Shown one piece after another: positions 17,444-25,966 of a stretch of DNA of 64,000 nt (position 1 is its first letter; each line of letters starts with the position of its first letter). Where the stretch lies: assembly GCF_013315695.1 (NCBI RefSeq), contig NZ_CP054353.1, one strand, 5' to 3'. The notes under the pieces were generated by a model, which ran no database searches, was not told where the DNA came from, and worked only from the letters and a program-made list of their open reading frames with translations. Made by a program: the position numbers and the translations under genes. Source of the stretch: Escherichia coli (GTDB lineage: Bacteria; Pseudomonadota; Gammaproteobacteria; Enterobacterales; Enterobacteriaceae).

Positions 17444-17543
17444 TCACAAACCGCCATTAGCTTATCAGGAAGAGCAGACGACGCGATAACAGGGTTGTTG
17501 GTGCGGGGGCGGGTCCCCGATGGCGGTCCATTATCGGTATTCA

Positions 17544-17617
17544 GCGTTGTTAGCTCAGCCGGACAGAGCAATTGCCTTCTAAGCAATCGGTCACTGGTTC
17601 GAATCCAGTACAGCGCG
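17544..17617 (+). tRNA. Prophage tRNA-Arg (UCU), argO/argN-like
   Basis: Acceptor GCGTTGT/ACAGCGC, D-stem GCTC/GAGC, anticodon stem ATTGC/GCAAT with loop CTTCTAA, T-arm ACTGGTTCGAATCCAGT; no encoded CCA. Confidence 0.8.
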
Positions 17618-17730
17618 CTATATTCATTCTTCCAGATTCCTTCCGGCAGAGCCTTATACTGAAATATACCTGGCTCAGGATATTGTTGAAAATATTATAT
17701 GTTTGTCAAAAATAAAAGTTCTGTTAAGTA

Positions 17731-18084
17731 TTGATTGAGTGTTTGTTATACGGTCTAATGGTTTTTTCAGCATTAAATATTTATCATTCATATGGTGTGG
17801 GTAGAGTGAATATTGATGAGGCGTCGGGGTGTTTCATCCTTAGGCAGCGTATTGATATAGTCAATGCAGCACGAGCAAAGGCCTTCAGCCGTTTGACAGT
17901 TTTGTTCTGTACTCCTGATCGTCTTTCGGGAAGAGACGTTATTATTCTGAATAGTGATGCTATTCAGAGGGTTTGCGATGAGTTCATGGTTGCTAATTCA
18001 GAATTATTTGCTCTTGTTCAGGAGTACAACAGAATAGCCAGGACCTGTGGTATGGATGAACTTCGGATTACTCATCTGGGGTAG
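17731..18084 (+). CDS. Hypothetical ORF in an AT-rich moron region (start uncertain)
   Basis: Open frame with TTG/ATG starts and no clear RBS. Confidence 0.3.
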   Translation: MIECLLYGLMVFSALNIYHSYGVGRVNIDEASGCFILRQRIDIVNAARAKAFSRLTVLFCTPDRLSGRDVIILNSDAIQRVCDEFMVANSELFALVQEYNRIARTCGMDELRITHLG

Positions 18085-18531
18085 ATACATATCTGGATTA
18101 TCACTTGTTACGGTAAAAAGTGATTGCTTACTGTTTTTGTGAGTGGCATTGCAGCAGCCGGATAATGTCAGTGCTGGCTGACGGTGTGCTGGTGGCGGGT
18201 GTGGTGGTTGTTGCTTTCCCGTTGCTGAAAAAGAAAACGCCAGACTGTTAGCCGGGTATCAGTTAGCGGGAGAAATTTTTAAATACTTCACAATTCAGGC
18301 GGTTGACTGTTGTCTGGTTTGCGGGGAGTTTGTTAAAAGAAACTGGCATGGTGAATCCCCCTGTGCGGAGGGGCAATCAGCGAGTAGGTATATGGGATAA
18401 TCGCGGATTCAGGTGCTGGTACTGAATTCACCGGGAGGCACCCGGCACCATGCAATGGCACATAGCGCCACTCTCCAGCCCCTCTCCGGAGGGGCTGTTT
18501 ATATTGATTTTGTCAGATGTGAGTAAACTCC

Positions 18532-18867
18532 TTATGGACTTTGTTGTTTTAGTCCATAAGGACATATTTGCAGAGTGCAACGGTTATTAAAGCATTCATT
18601 CAATACGTTATCTGTATTTGTAGGACATTCCTGGCTGTTTTTGATTAAATTCCAGAATGTTTTATTGAATGGTGCTACGTTGTAAATGGTTACAGGTAGC
18701 ACTTTGTTATTGAGCATGATACCTGTGTGAGTCAGTGTAAATATACTTTCAGGAGGTAAGAAAGCATCCGATTGATACCAGATTATTAATTTTATTTTAC
18801 TCCATATGACTGAAAAAGATATTCCGCATGATGGCTGGATAACTGTATCAATCACAATCCACTTCAT
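18532..18867 (-). CDS. Hypothetical Cys-containing protein, 111 aa, reverse-strand moron
   Basis: Strong RBS AAGGAAA 5 nt before ATG; GC about 35 percent; opposite strand to the late operon. Confidence 0.5.
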   Translation of the reverse strand: MKWIVIDTVIQPSCGISFSVIWSKIKLIIWYQSDAFLPPESIFTLTHTGIMLNNKVLPVTIYNVAPFNKTFWNLIKNSQECPTNTDNVLNECFNNRCTLQICPYGLKQQSP

Positions 18868-19127
18868 TTAGTTTCCTTGTTTATGTCTTGCTGGTGATGT
18901 TCTGAAAAGTATAAATGATATTTTTGAATGTAAACCATAGAGCAGAATTATTTTTCTGATGTTGTTTATTGTTTATTTAAATGCAGGGTGGTTTATATCT
19001 CGTCTTGTAGTTTATCCATGCATATCTGCTTGATGATGAGGTTTTTATTTAAGGTATGGTTTTGTGTTTTTTCTGTATTACATGTCAGGTATTTTAAAGA
19101 ATTATTTTTCAGATGGTGGAAAGAACC

Positions 19128-21089
19128 ATGGCATTTAAACACTATGATGTTGTCAGGGCGGCATCGCCGTCAGACCTTGCGAAACGACTGACACAAAAAC
19201 TGAAGGAGGGGTGGCAGCCATTTGGCAGTCCGGTGGCCATCACGCCTTATACCCTGATGCAGGCCATTGCGGCGGAAGGTGATGTCACCACACCTGTGGT
19301 GGTGAAGCCGTCGGATGGAGAAGGCGCAGTTATCAGCAACACCAGCAACCCGGAGTATTACTTTGTTGTTGCCCTGGCCGGGCAGTCAAACGGTATGGCG
19401 TATGGTGAAGGGCTTCCGCTGCCGGAGACATATGACCGTCCGGACCCGCGTATTAAACAGCTGGCGCGTCGCAGCACTGTCACGCCGGGTGGTGCGTCCT
19501 GTAACTACAATGACATTATTCCTGCGGACCACTGCCTGCATGATGTTCAGGATTTGAGTAAGTTTTCACACCCGAAAGCCAGCGCAGCTCAGTATGGATG
19601 CGTGGGGCAGGGATTACATATCGCGAAGAAATTGTTGCCGTTTATTCCGGCGAATGCCGGTATTCTTCTGGTTCCGTGCTGCCGTGGTGGTTCTGCATTT
19701 TTGGCGGGCGATGAAGGTACCTTCAGCGAATCCACCGGCGCAAGCGAGACCTCGGCACGCTGGGGTGTAGATAAGCCACTGTACAAGGACCTGCTTACCC
19801 GTACTCAGGCCGCACTGAAGGCCAACCCTAAAAATATTCTGCTTGCAGTGGTCTGGATGCAGGGCGAGTTTGATTTGAAACAGGGTGCATACGCCACTCA
19901 GCCGGGGCTGTTTGATTCCATGGTGGAAAAATATCGTTCTGACCTGTCGGAATTCGGAGGTCAGTGTCTCGGGGGCTCTCCGTCATCAGTTCCCTGGATT
20001 TGTGGCGACACGACCTACTACTGGAAGCAGACTTATTCTTCGCAATACGATGCGGTGTATGGTGCATATAAGACGAAATCCGCAAAAAAAATCTTCTTTG
20101 TGCCGTTTATGACGGATGAAAACGGGCGAAATGTGGGTACCAACGAGCCGTCAGAAGATCCGGATGTTGCGGATATTGGGTATTACGGAGCCGGTGGTCG
20201 AACGGACGCCAAAACCTGGACGACGGCTGACCGTAAAACGCATTTTGGATCATGGGCACGTCGTGGGATTATTTCCGACCGTCTGGCAACGGCGATTCTT
20301 GTGCATGCCGGGAGAACCGCTGAATTCATTACCGGAAAACAGCCTGATACGGTGAAGCCCACCGGACCTTCCGGTGAAGGTACGGAGAGAGAGCCGGAAG
20401 GTCCGGTCAGTAACCGAACCCTGATGAGTCTGCTGGCGTCCGGCGAAGACCTGGCATCACAGGGCTGGCGCTATTATCACAAACCGGCGAGCGGAGACAA
20501 TGTTAACAAAAACATTGCTGAAGCGGTGGTCAGTGATGCGGGGGCTACGGGAGGTAAGGCCCTGCAACTGAATAAACCGGAAAACCACATCTGGTTTCTG
20601 GAGCATGATGCAGCCGGGCAGGGGGCAGAGTTGCTGAAGAAAGGAGGACGTGTGAGCGTACGGTTTAAGTTGCCGGGTTCACTGGTGCCGAATCAGTTTG
20701 CCCTGGGCATTTACTGGCAGTTGTCGTCCCTGCCGGAGGGAGTGACGCTGGCAGAGGAAGGCAACGACATGCTGATGTCCTTCTTTCTGCAGACGGATGC
20801 GACGAACCTGAACGCGATGCACCACAAGAAGCCGAATGCGAAGCTGGAAACGTTCGGGGTCTTTGATAACGGATGGCACACACTGGCTTTTGAGTTTGCC
20901 GGAAACAACAGCATTCAGGTGACGCCGGTACTGGATGAGAAACGGGGGACGCCGTTCACACTGGTGAAATCTCCGGCATCAGGGGCGGCGGACAAACTGC
21001 AACTGACAGGCATATCAAAGGCGGCGACATATACGCTGCTGATTGACAGTGTGAAGGTGGAAGTGAACAACGCGGATGCCGCGGCATGA
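19128..21089 (+). CDS. nanS: Prophage NanS-p-type sialate O-acetylesterase (N-terminal DUF1737-like plus SGNH-type esterase)
   Basis: MAFKHYDVVRAASPSDLAKRLTQKLKEGWQPFGSPVAITPYTLMQ... then ...FVVALAGQSNGMAYGEG...; 653 aa. Confidence 0.7.
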   Translation: MAFKHYDVVRAASPSDLAKRLTQKLKEGWQPFGSPVAITPYTLMQAIAAEGDVTTPVVVKPSDGEGAVISNTSNPEYYFVVALAGQSNGMAYGEGLPLPETYDRPDPRIKQLARRSTVTPGGASCNYNDIIPADHCLHDVQDLSKFSHPKASAAQYGCVGQGLHIAKKLLPFIPANAGILLVPCCRGGSAFLAGDEGTFSESTGASETSARWGVDKPLYKDLLTRTQAALKANPKNILLAVVWMQGEFDLKQGAYATQPGLFDSMVEKYRSDLSEFGGQCLGGSPSSVPWICGDTTYYWKQTYSSQYDAVYGAYKTKSAKKIFFVPFMTDENGRNVGTNEPSEDPDVADIGYYGAGGRTDAKTWTTADRKTHFGSWARRGIISDRLATAILVHAGRTAEFITGKQPDTVKPTGPSGEGTEREPEGPVSNRTLMSLLASGEDLASQGWRYYHKPASGDNVNKNIAEAVVSDAGATGGKALQLNKPENHIWFLEHDAAGQGAELLKKGGRVSVRFKLPGSLVPNQFALGIYWQLSSLPEGVTLAEEGNDMLMSFFLQTDATNLNAMHHKKPNAKLETFGVFDNGWHTLAFEFAGNNSIQVTPVLDEKRGTPFTLVKSPASGAADKLQLTGISKAATYTLLIDSVKVEVNNADAAA

Positions 21090-21240
21090 TAAAAAAAGGC
21101 CGCCAGCAATGAAGGAAAGGGATGAACTGTGTCCACTACATGAATGCTGGCGGCTGGTAAAACGACCACGATGACACCGAAGTTTGCGATATTTTTCTAC
21201 AAAAATAAGTAAATCATGTCAACTATCACGGTGAGAAACC

Positions 21241-21423
21241 ATGACATTTCTGAACCAGTTAATGCTGTACTTCTGTACGGCAGTCTGTGTTATGTATCTT
21301 CTTTCGGGTGGGTACAGGGCAGTGCGCGATTTCTGGCGCAGGCAGATTGATAAAAGGGCCGCTGAGAGAATCAGCGCCAGTCAGTCAGCCGGAAGCAAAC
21401 CCGAAGATCCGCTCATTCCGTAG
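21241..21423 (+). CDS. Small single-TM protein, 60 aa
   Basis: MTFLNQLMLYFCTAVCVMYLLSGGYRAVRDFWRR...; weak RBS. Confidence 0.3.
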   Translation: MTFLNQLMLYFCTAVCVMYLLSGGYRAVRDFWRRQIDKRAAERISASQSAGSKPEDPLIP

Positions 21424-21460
21424 TCACTTTCTTGACAACACCTTTCAACGAGAAAATCCC

Positions 21461-21706
21461 ATGTCAGAAATCACATCCCTGGTCACTGCTGAGGCAGTGA
21501 AGGAAGTCCTGCGCTCTGAAGAAGTCCTGAGCGCACTGAAACAGAAACTCCGCCAGAACCTTGAGTCGCGTCTTGATGCAGAAGTGGATGCCATTCTGGA
21601 TGAGCTGCTGGGCGTACCAGCGGTTCCGGAGCCGGAAGGTATCGCGGGTGACGGGAGTGCTTCAGATGGCGGTGAACCCACACCTGACAGCGACATGATG
21701 ATGTAA
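21461..21706 (+). CDS. Small acidic protein, 81 aa
   Basis: [50 protein letters not shown]...; inside a longer TTG-started ORF. Confidence 0.35.
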   Translation: MSEITSLVTAEAVKEVLRSEEVLSALKQKLRQNLESRLDAEVDAILDELLGVPAVPEPEGIAGDGSASDGGEPTPDSDMMM

Positions 21707-21782
21707 GCCTGCGCAAGGGACCATCGGTGTGTGCCGGTGGTCTTTATATTGTTGTGAGCTTCCGGATAACGGGAGACGGGGT

Positions 21783-21998
21783 ATGTACCAGATGGAAAAA
21801 ATCACAACAGGTGTGTCATACACCACGTCAGCGGTGGGAACGGGCTACTGGTTCCTGCAGTTGCTGGACAGGGTTTCCCCGTCTCAGTGGGCGGCAATAG
21901 GCGTGCTGGGGAGTCTGCTGTTTGGGCTGCTGACATATCTGACTAACCTGTATTTCAAAATCAGAGAGGACCGGCGTAAGGCGGCGCGGGGAGAGTAA
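21783..21998 (+). CDS. S: Class II holin, S21-like pinholin, dual-start motif
   Basis: [71 protein letters not shown]; Met1 and Met4 starts. Confidence 0.85.
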   Translation: MYQMEKITTGVSYTTSAVGTGYWFLQLLDRVSPSQWAAIGVLGSLLFGLLTYLTNLYFKIREDRRKAARGE

Positions 21999-22002
21999 AG
22001 TG

Positions 22003-22893
22003 ATGAATAAAAAATATGAACTGGTTGTTAAGGGGATAAATAATTACGGGGATAAGGTTACTGTTACTGTGAAGCCGGAAGGTGACGGGCAAGCGTCGCT
22101 GTTGTTGCCAGATGTGGCGATTAGTCTTGACCGTACTGAAGGTGCCACGCTGGAGTTTTACGAAGCTGAGGCGAAAAAGCAGGCGAAGCAGTTTTTCATG
22201 GATGTTGCTGCCGGGTTATGTGAATGGAACGAACCGTTGCCGGAAAAGCGCCCCGTAATTTTAGAGGCGCAGGATGTGTTGATAACCTACAAAGGAAAGC
22301 TACCGGGAAGAATTACTTGTTCTCTGAAGATGCCGCCGTCAACACTGCGGTCAGAAAAAGATGATGTTGAATCACGTATTGAAAAACTGGAGAGCTACGT
22401 CGTTGAGCTGAATAAGAAATGGTCGATATTGGTGCCTTCTGGCGATGAAAAGCAGTTTGCTGCGTTTGACGATTATTGTCGGAAAGTGATGAGCAGAAAT
22501 CTCGCAGAGTGTTTCAGTATTCATAATGATAATTTCAGTGAGCTGGAATGGGAGTGTAACCGGCCATCCTTTGTTGTATCCGGTGATGCTGGGAAAATAA
22601 CCATCTCAGAAAATGGGAAAGTAACACCTCCATCGCACCAGCACAGTGAGGAGCTCATTGAATTTGCCATTGATTACCTGAAGAACAATAAAAAGCAGGG
22701 GCTGATGAAGCGCGTTGGCCGTTGCATGGGATATCTTCAGGTAGCCGCTGAGATTGAAGCGCTGGCCAGTGGTGCTGATAAGGATGCAATTGTGCGGGAG
22801 GCTCTTCTTCGTGATTTTAATACTCCACCCTTTAAAAAAGTGCCGGCTTACTGGCTTCATCCGGGGCTGACTTATCTTAAAGTGCGTATTTAG
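22003..22893 (+). CDS. Unknown cytoplasmic protein, 297 aa, embedded between holin and endolysin
   Basis: ATG 5 nt after the holin stop with GGGGAGAG RBS inside the holin 3' end; no TM segments; no family recognised. Confidence 0.7.
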   Translation: MNKKYELVVKGINNYGDKVTVTVKPEGDGQASLLLPDVAISLDRTEGATLEFYEAEAKKQAKQFFMDVAAGLCEWNEPLPEKRPVILEAQDVLITYKGKLPGRITCSLKMPPSTLRSEKDDVESRIEKLESYVVELNKKWSILVPSGDEKQFAAFDDYCRKVMSRNLAECFSIHNDNFSELEWECNRPSFVVSGDAGKITISENGKVTPPSHQHSEELIEFAIDYLKNNKKQGLMKRVGRCMGYLQVAAEIEALASGADKDAIVREALLRDFNTPPFKKVPAYWLHPGLTYLKVRI

Positions 22894-22929
22894 TGGGCCA
22901 GGGACAGCGGCTGAATATTTAATATATCC

Positions 22930-23463
22930 ATGAACACCAAAATCAAATACGGCCTGTCGGCTGCCGTTCTGGCGCTGATTGCCGCTGGTGCGCCTGCGCC
23001 TGACATTCTCGACCAGTTTCTGGATGAAAAGGAAGGCAACCACACCACAGCATACCGTGATGGTGCAGGTATCTGGACCATCTGCCGTGGTGCCATCATG
23101 GTGGATGGCAAACCTGTCGTTCCGGGCATGAAGTTGTCGAAGGAAAAATGCGACCAGGTTAACGCCATTGAGCGTGATAAAGCGCTGGCGTGGGTGGAGA
23201 AAAACATCAGAGTGCCGCTGACCGAACCCCAGAAAGCGGGGATCGCGTCATTCTGTCCGTACAACATTGGTCCCGGTAAGTGTTTCCCGTCGACGTTTTA
23301 TAAACGAATTAATGCAGGTGATCGCAGGGGAGCGTGTGAGGCGATTCGCTGGTGGATTAAGGACGGTGGCAGAGACTGCCGTATCCGCTCAAACAACTGT
23401 TATGGTCAGGTATCCCGTCGTGACCAGGAGAGCGCGCTGGCGTGCTGGGGAATCGACAGATAA
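22930..23463 (+). CDS. R: SAR (signal-anchor-release) endolysin, R21-like lysozyme
   Basis: MNTKIKYGLSAAVLALIAAGAPAPDILDQFLDEKEGNHTTAYRDGAGIWTICRG... Confidence 0.85.
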   Translation: MNTKIKYGLSAAVLALIAAGAPAPDILDQFLDEKEGNHTTAYRDGAGIWTICRGAIMVDGKPVVPGMKLSKEKCDQVNAIERDKALAWVEKNIRVPLTEPQKAGIASFCPYNIGPGKCFPSTFYKRINAGDRRGACEAIRWWIKDGGRDCRIRSNNCYGQVSRRDQESALACWGIDR

Positions 23464-23553
23464 GCAGAATATTTTGCTGAAAAATAAGGCATGGCCACGC
23501 GGGCGGATAACACGAAATCCTGCGAACTGGCGAAACGTAAGTGAATAAAAGTA

Positions 23554-23592
23554 AAAACCCCGTTTGTTGGCACCAAGCGGGGTTTTGTGTTT
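23554..23592 (+). terminator. Intrinsic terminator downstream of the endolysin
   Basis: aaaaccccg / cggggtttt stem around a 15-nt loop, followed by ttttgtgttt. Confidence 0.5.
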
Positions 23593-23619
23593 CTGACCTT
23601 GAGTAAGGCAAGGGAGAAC

Positions 23620-23802
23620 ATGGCGAAGTATAAACGAATTCTGTTGAGGTTGACTATGAAAAACGGCCTTGAACTGAAAGCGCCTGTAACTGATGACATC
23701 AGCAGAGCACTGGCTTTTGCCATTAAGTGGGTGGCGGTCGGTGTTGCTGTGTCCCCGATGCTGTATGGGCTGGCAAAACTGGTCATTGCGTTGAAATCAT
23801 GA
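23620..23802 (+). CDS. Small protein with C-terminal TM helix, 60 aa
   Basis: [72 protein letters not shown]. Confidence 0.4.
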   Translation: MAKYKRILLRLTMKNGLELKAPVTDDISRALAFAIKWVAVGVAVSPMLYGLAKLVIALKS

Positions 23803-23816
23803 AGGGAGGATTAAGC

Positions 23817-23948
23817 ATGCCAGACAAACTCATAACGCTGGCGAAGATCCTCTGTGTAATTGTCGGCATTTCATTTTCACTAATGCTGGTTGCTCTTTTT
23901 CTTTCCATGGCCTGGATGATGTTGTCTTCGTCGGGGTTGCTGGGGTGA
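23817..23948 (+). CDS. Small hydrophobic protein, 43 aa
   Basis: RBS GGGAGG 7 nt before [46 protein letters not shown]. Confidence 0.4.
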   Translation: MPDKLITLAKILCVIVGISFSLMLVALFLSMAWMMLSSSGLLG

Positions 23949-23959
23949 ACATAAACCGA

Positions 23960-24418
23960 ATGCTTTCCGCGTTTATCGTTATTCTGCTGGTGGCCTGTGG
24001 TGCGCTGTGGATGGCAACAGACCATTACCGTGATAACGCGATTACCTACAAAGCGCAGCGCGATAACAAAGCCAGTGAACTGAAGCTGGCGAACGCAACC
24101 ATTACTGATATGCAGGTGCGCCAGCGCGATGTTGCTGCGCTCGATGCAAAATACTCGAGGGAATTAGCCGATGCGAGAGCTGAAAATGAAACTCTTCGCG
24201 CTGACGTTGCCGCTGGTCGTAAGCGCCTGCGGATCAACGCCACCTGTCCAGGCTCCGTGCGTGAAGCCCCCACCACCTCCGGCGTGGATAATGCAACCGG
24301 CCCCCAACTGGCAGACACCGTTACACGGGATTATTTCACCCTCAGAGAGCGGCTGATGACGATGCACAAGCAACTGGAAGGGGCACAGGACTATATCCGC
24401 ACTCAGTGCCTGAAATAA
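23960..24418 (+). CDS. Rz: i-spanin Rz
   Basis: [65 protein letters not shown]..., closely lambda-Rz-like. Confidence 0.85.
   Translation: MLSAFIVILLVACGALWMATDHYRDNAITYKAQRDNKASELKLANATITDMQVRQRDVAALDAKYSRELADARAENETLRADVAAGRKRLRINATCPGSVREAPTTSGVDNATGPQLADTVTRDYFTLRERLMTMHKQLEGAQDYIRTQCLK
24171..24356 (+). CDS. Rz1: o-spanin Rz1, lipoprotein embedded in Rz in the +1 frame
   Basis: [51 protein letters not shown]; lipobox VSAC, Pro-rich. Confidence 0.8.
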   Translation: MRELKMKLFALTLPLVVSACGSTPPVQAPCVKPPPPPAWIMQPAPNWQTPLHGIISPSESG

Positions 24419-24728
24419 GTTTTGTTGATGCGCCGTATCGTCGCTATATTCCCTCATTAACAGAGACCGCAGCCCGACAGGGAGACTCCTCTGCGCGAGT
24501 GTGCGGGGATAATTAAAAACGATGCTCACCGGGTTTTTACCGCGTTAATGATTCGCGGGTTTATCCCGGTGCGATGGTGGAAGAAACAGGAAGCTGTATT
24601 ACAGAAAGTGCTACTACTGTATCCCGATGCGATGTATGTAATGTGAGTCAGATAATGGCACAGGATGTGGTGATGTGGCAGTCTGGAACACAGGATATAT
24701 TGTCAGAATAAGACCCGTAGGAATAAAA

Positions 24729-25055
24729 ATGAAAAGACGCCTTTTACTACTTTTTCTGTTATCTGTCCTGGCAGTGGGATGCTCGCAGCAAAAAGCTGAT
24801 GAGCCCCGGCAATTAGTGACGGTGTATCCACGATATCCGGAATATGCTGCAGCAAATTATATCAAGGGGCTGGTTGAGGTTAAGTTCGATATTGGTGCTG
24901 ATGGGACTGTGACACGGATCGTTTTTCTCCGCTCAGAGCCTCATAATTTGTTTCGTGATGAAGTGGTGAAGGCCATGGCGAAATGGCGATTTGAAAAGAA
25001 TCGCCCCTGTCAGGGAGTGAAGAGACAATTTATCTTTACGCCGTCACGTCCCTGA
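24729..25055 (+). CDS. Lipoprotein with TonB C-terminal-like domain, 108 aa
   Basis: MKRRLLLLFLLSVLAVGCSQ (lipobox) then VTVYPRYPEYAAANYIKGLVEVKFDIGADGTVTRIVFLRSEPHNLFRDEVVKAMAKWRFE; RBS AGGA. Confidence 0.65.
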   Translation: MKRRLLLLFLLSVLAVGCSQQKADEPRQLVTVYPRYPEYAAANYIKGLVEVKFDIGADGTVTRIVFLRSEPHNLFRDEVVKAMAKWRFEKNRPCQGVKRQFIFTPSRP

Positions 25056-25177
25056 TGCTTCCAGGTAGAGAGGGGCTGGACGCAGGAGAAAAATGAAAGA
25101 GCCAGCGGTTATATTTTTGTCATGGCTGACGAGGAATGATGGAAGAAGGCGTTGTATGCCACACAACGCCTCACTGT

Positions 25178-25670
25178 TCATTTCTTCTTTTTCTCTGGTG
25201 GAACCCGATGAATAAGAGTTGCACTGGTTTCCGATGAGATGGCGATATACTCGGGCAAAGTATGCTGGCAGTTTTCCAACTGGTCAAAAATACCTGCTCT
25301 CGTCTGTTGCAATGCCTGCAGCATGCGGCGGCAATGCGCCTTGCTTTTACTAACCATCTTTCCTTCCTCTATCAGTCGCTGCGTGAACTCATCATGTAAT
25401 ACCAGGTAAATGCGGATGTTATCGGTTTTGGCTACGCAGCATAGTACAAAACGGACAGGTGCATCCCGGGACGGGGGAGGCGTCACATGTCCCTGTGATG
25501 GTTGTTCCGGGTAATGCACTGTGTGGGGCATAAAAATGTCCGATAATTTTACTTTCTACCGCAGTTAGTTGATTCGTTGGTCCTGGTAGCACATTGGGCG
25601 AGGATTTAAATGCCAGGCAACTGAAGGATGATGTTGCAAGGGAGATAGCGAGAATATTTCTGATTTTCAT
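25178..25670 (-). other. Reverse-strand coding region in two overlapping frames (25419-25670 with signal-peptide-like start MKIRNILAISLATSSFSCLA; 25178-25531); possible frameshifted gene or two overlapping genes
   Basis: Two ORFs of 84 and 117 aa overlap by 113 nt; function unknown. Confidence 0.35.
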
Positions 25671-25817
25671 TTGATGATGCCTCTGTGTGAAATGACGGTA
25701 AACGACGCACTTGTGCCGGCACATAATAGCAAGCACCATAATAGATCAGATTCGATTCTTGCTGTAAGTGATAATCATTCTCGTTTTCGGGTCCTTTCCG
25801 TCGATCCAACAGGTTAC

Positions 25818-25829
25818 GGGGCGGCGACC
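25818..25829. other. cosN cohesive-end site, lambda-type
   Basis: GGGCGGCGACCT followed by CGCGGGTTTTCGCTATTTATGAAAATTTTCCGG, matching the lambda left end as I recall it for about 45 nt. Confidence 0.8.
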
Positions 25830-25867
25830 TCGCGGGTTTTCGCTATTTATGAAAATTTTCCGGGAAC

Positions 25868-25966
25868 CATGTCCGGTTTCTCTTCAAGTTAACTATATGA
25901 AAAATAAAAAAAGAGGTCTTCTGTGAACCGGACATGCACAAAAAATAGACATGTAAGCCGGACATG
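25868..25966. repeat. Three copies of CCGGACATG (one inverted) in the cosB position, putative small-terminase binding sites
   Basis: catgtccgg 25868-25876 (inverted), ccggacatg 25928-25936 and 25958-25966, between cosN and Nu1. Confidence 0.45.

Noticed and set aside
17444-17543. Possible third phage tRNA between the two called tRNAs
   Set aside because: The 100-bp spacer does not fold into a cloverleaf with an acceptor stem and anticodon arm by eye.
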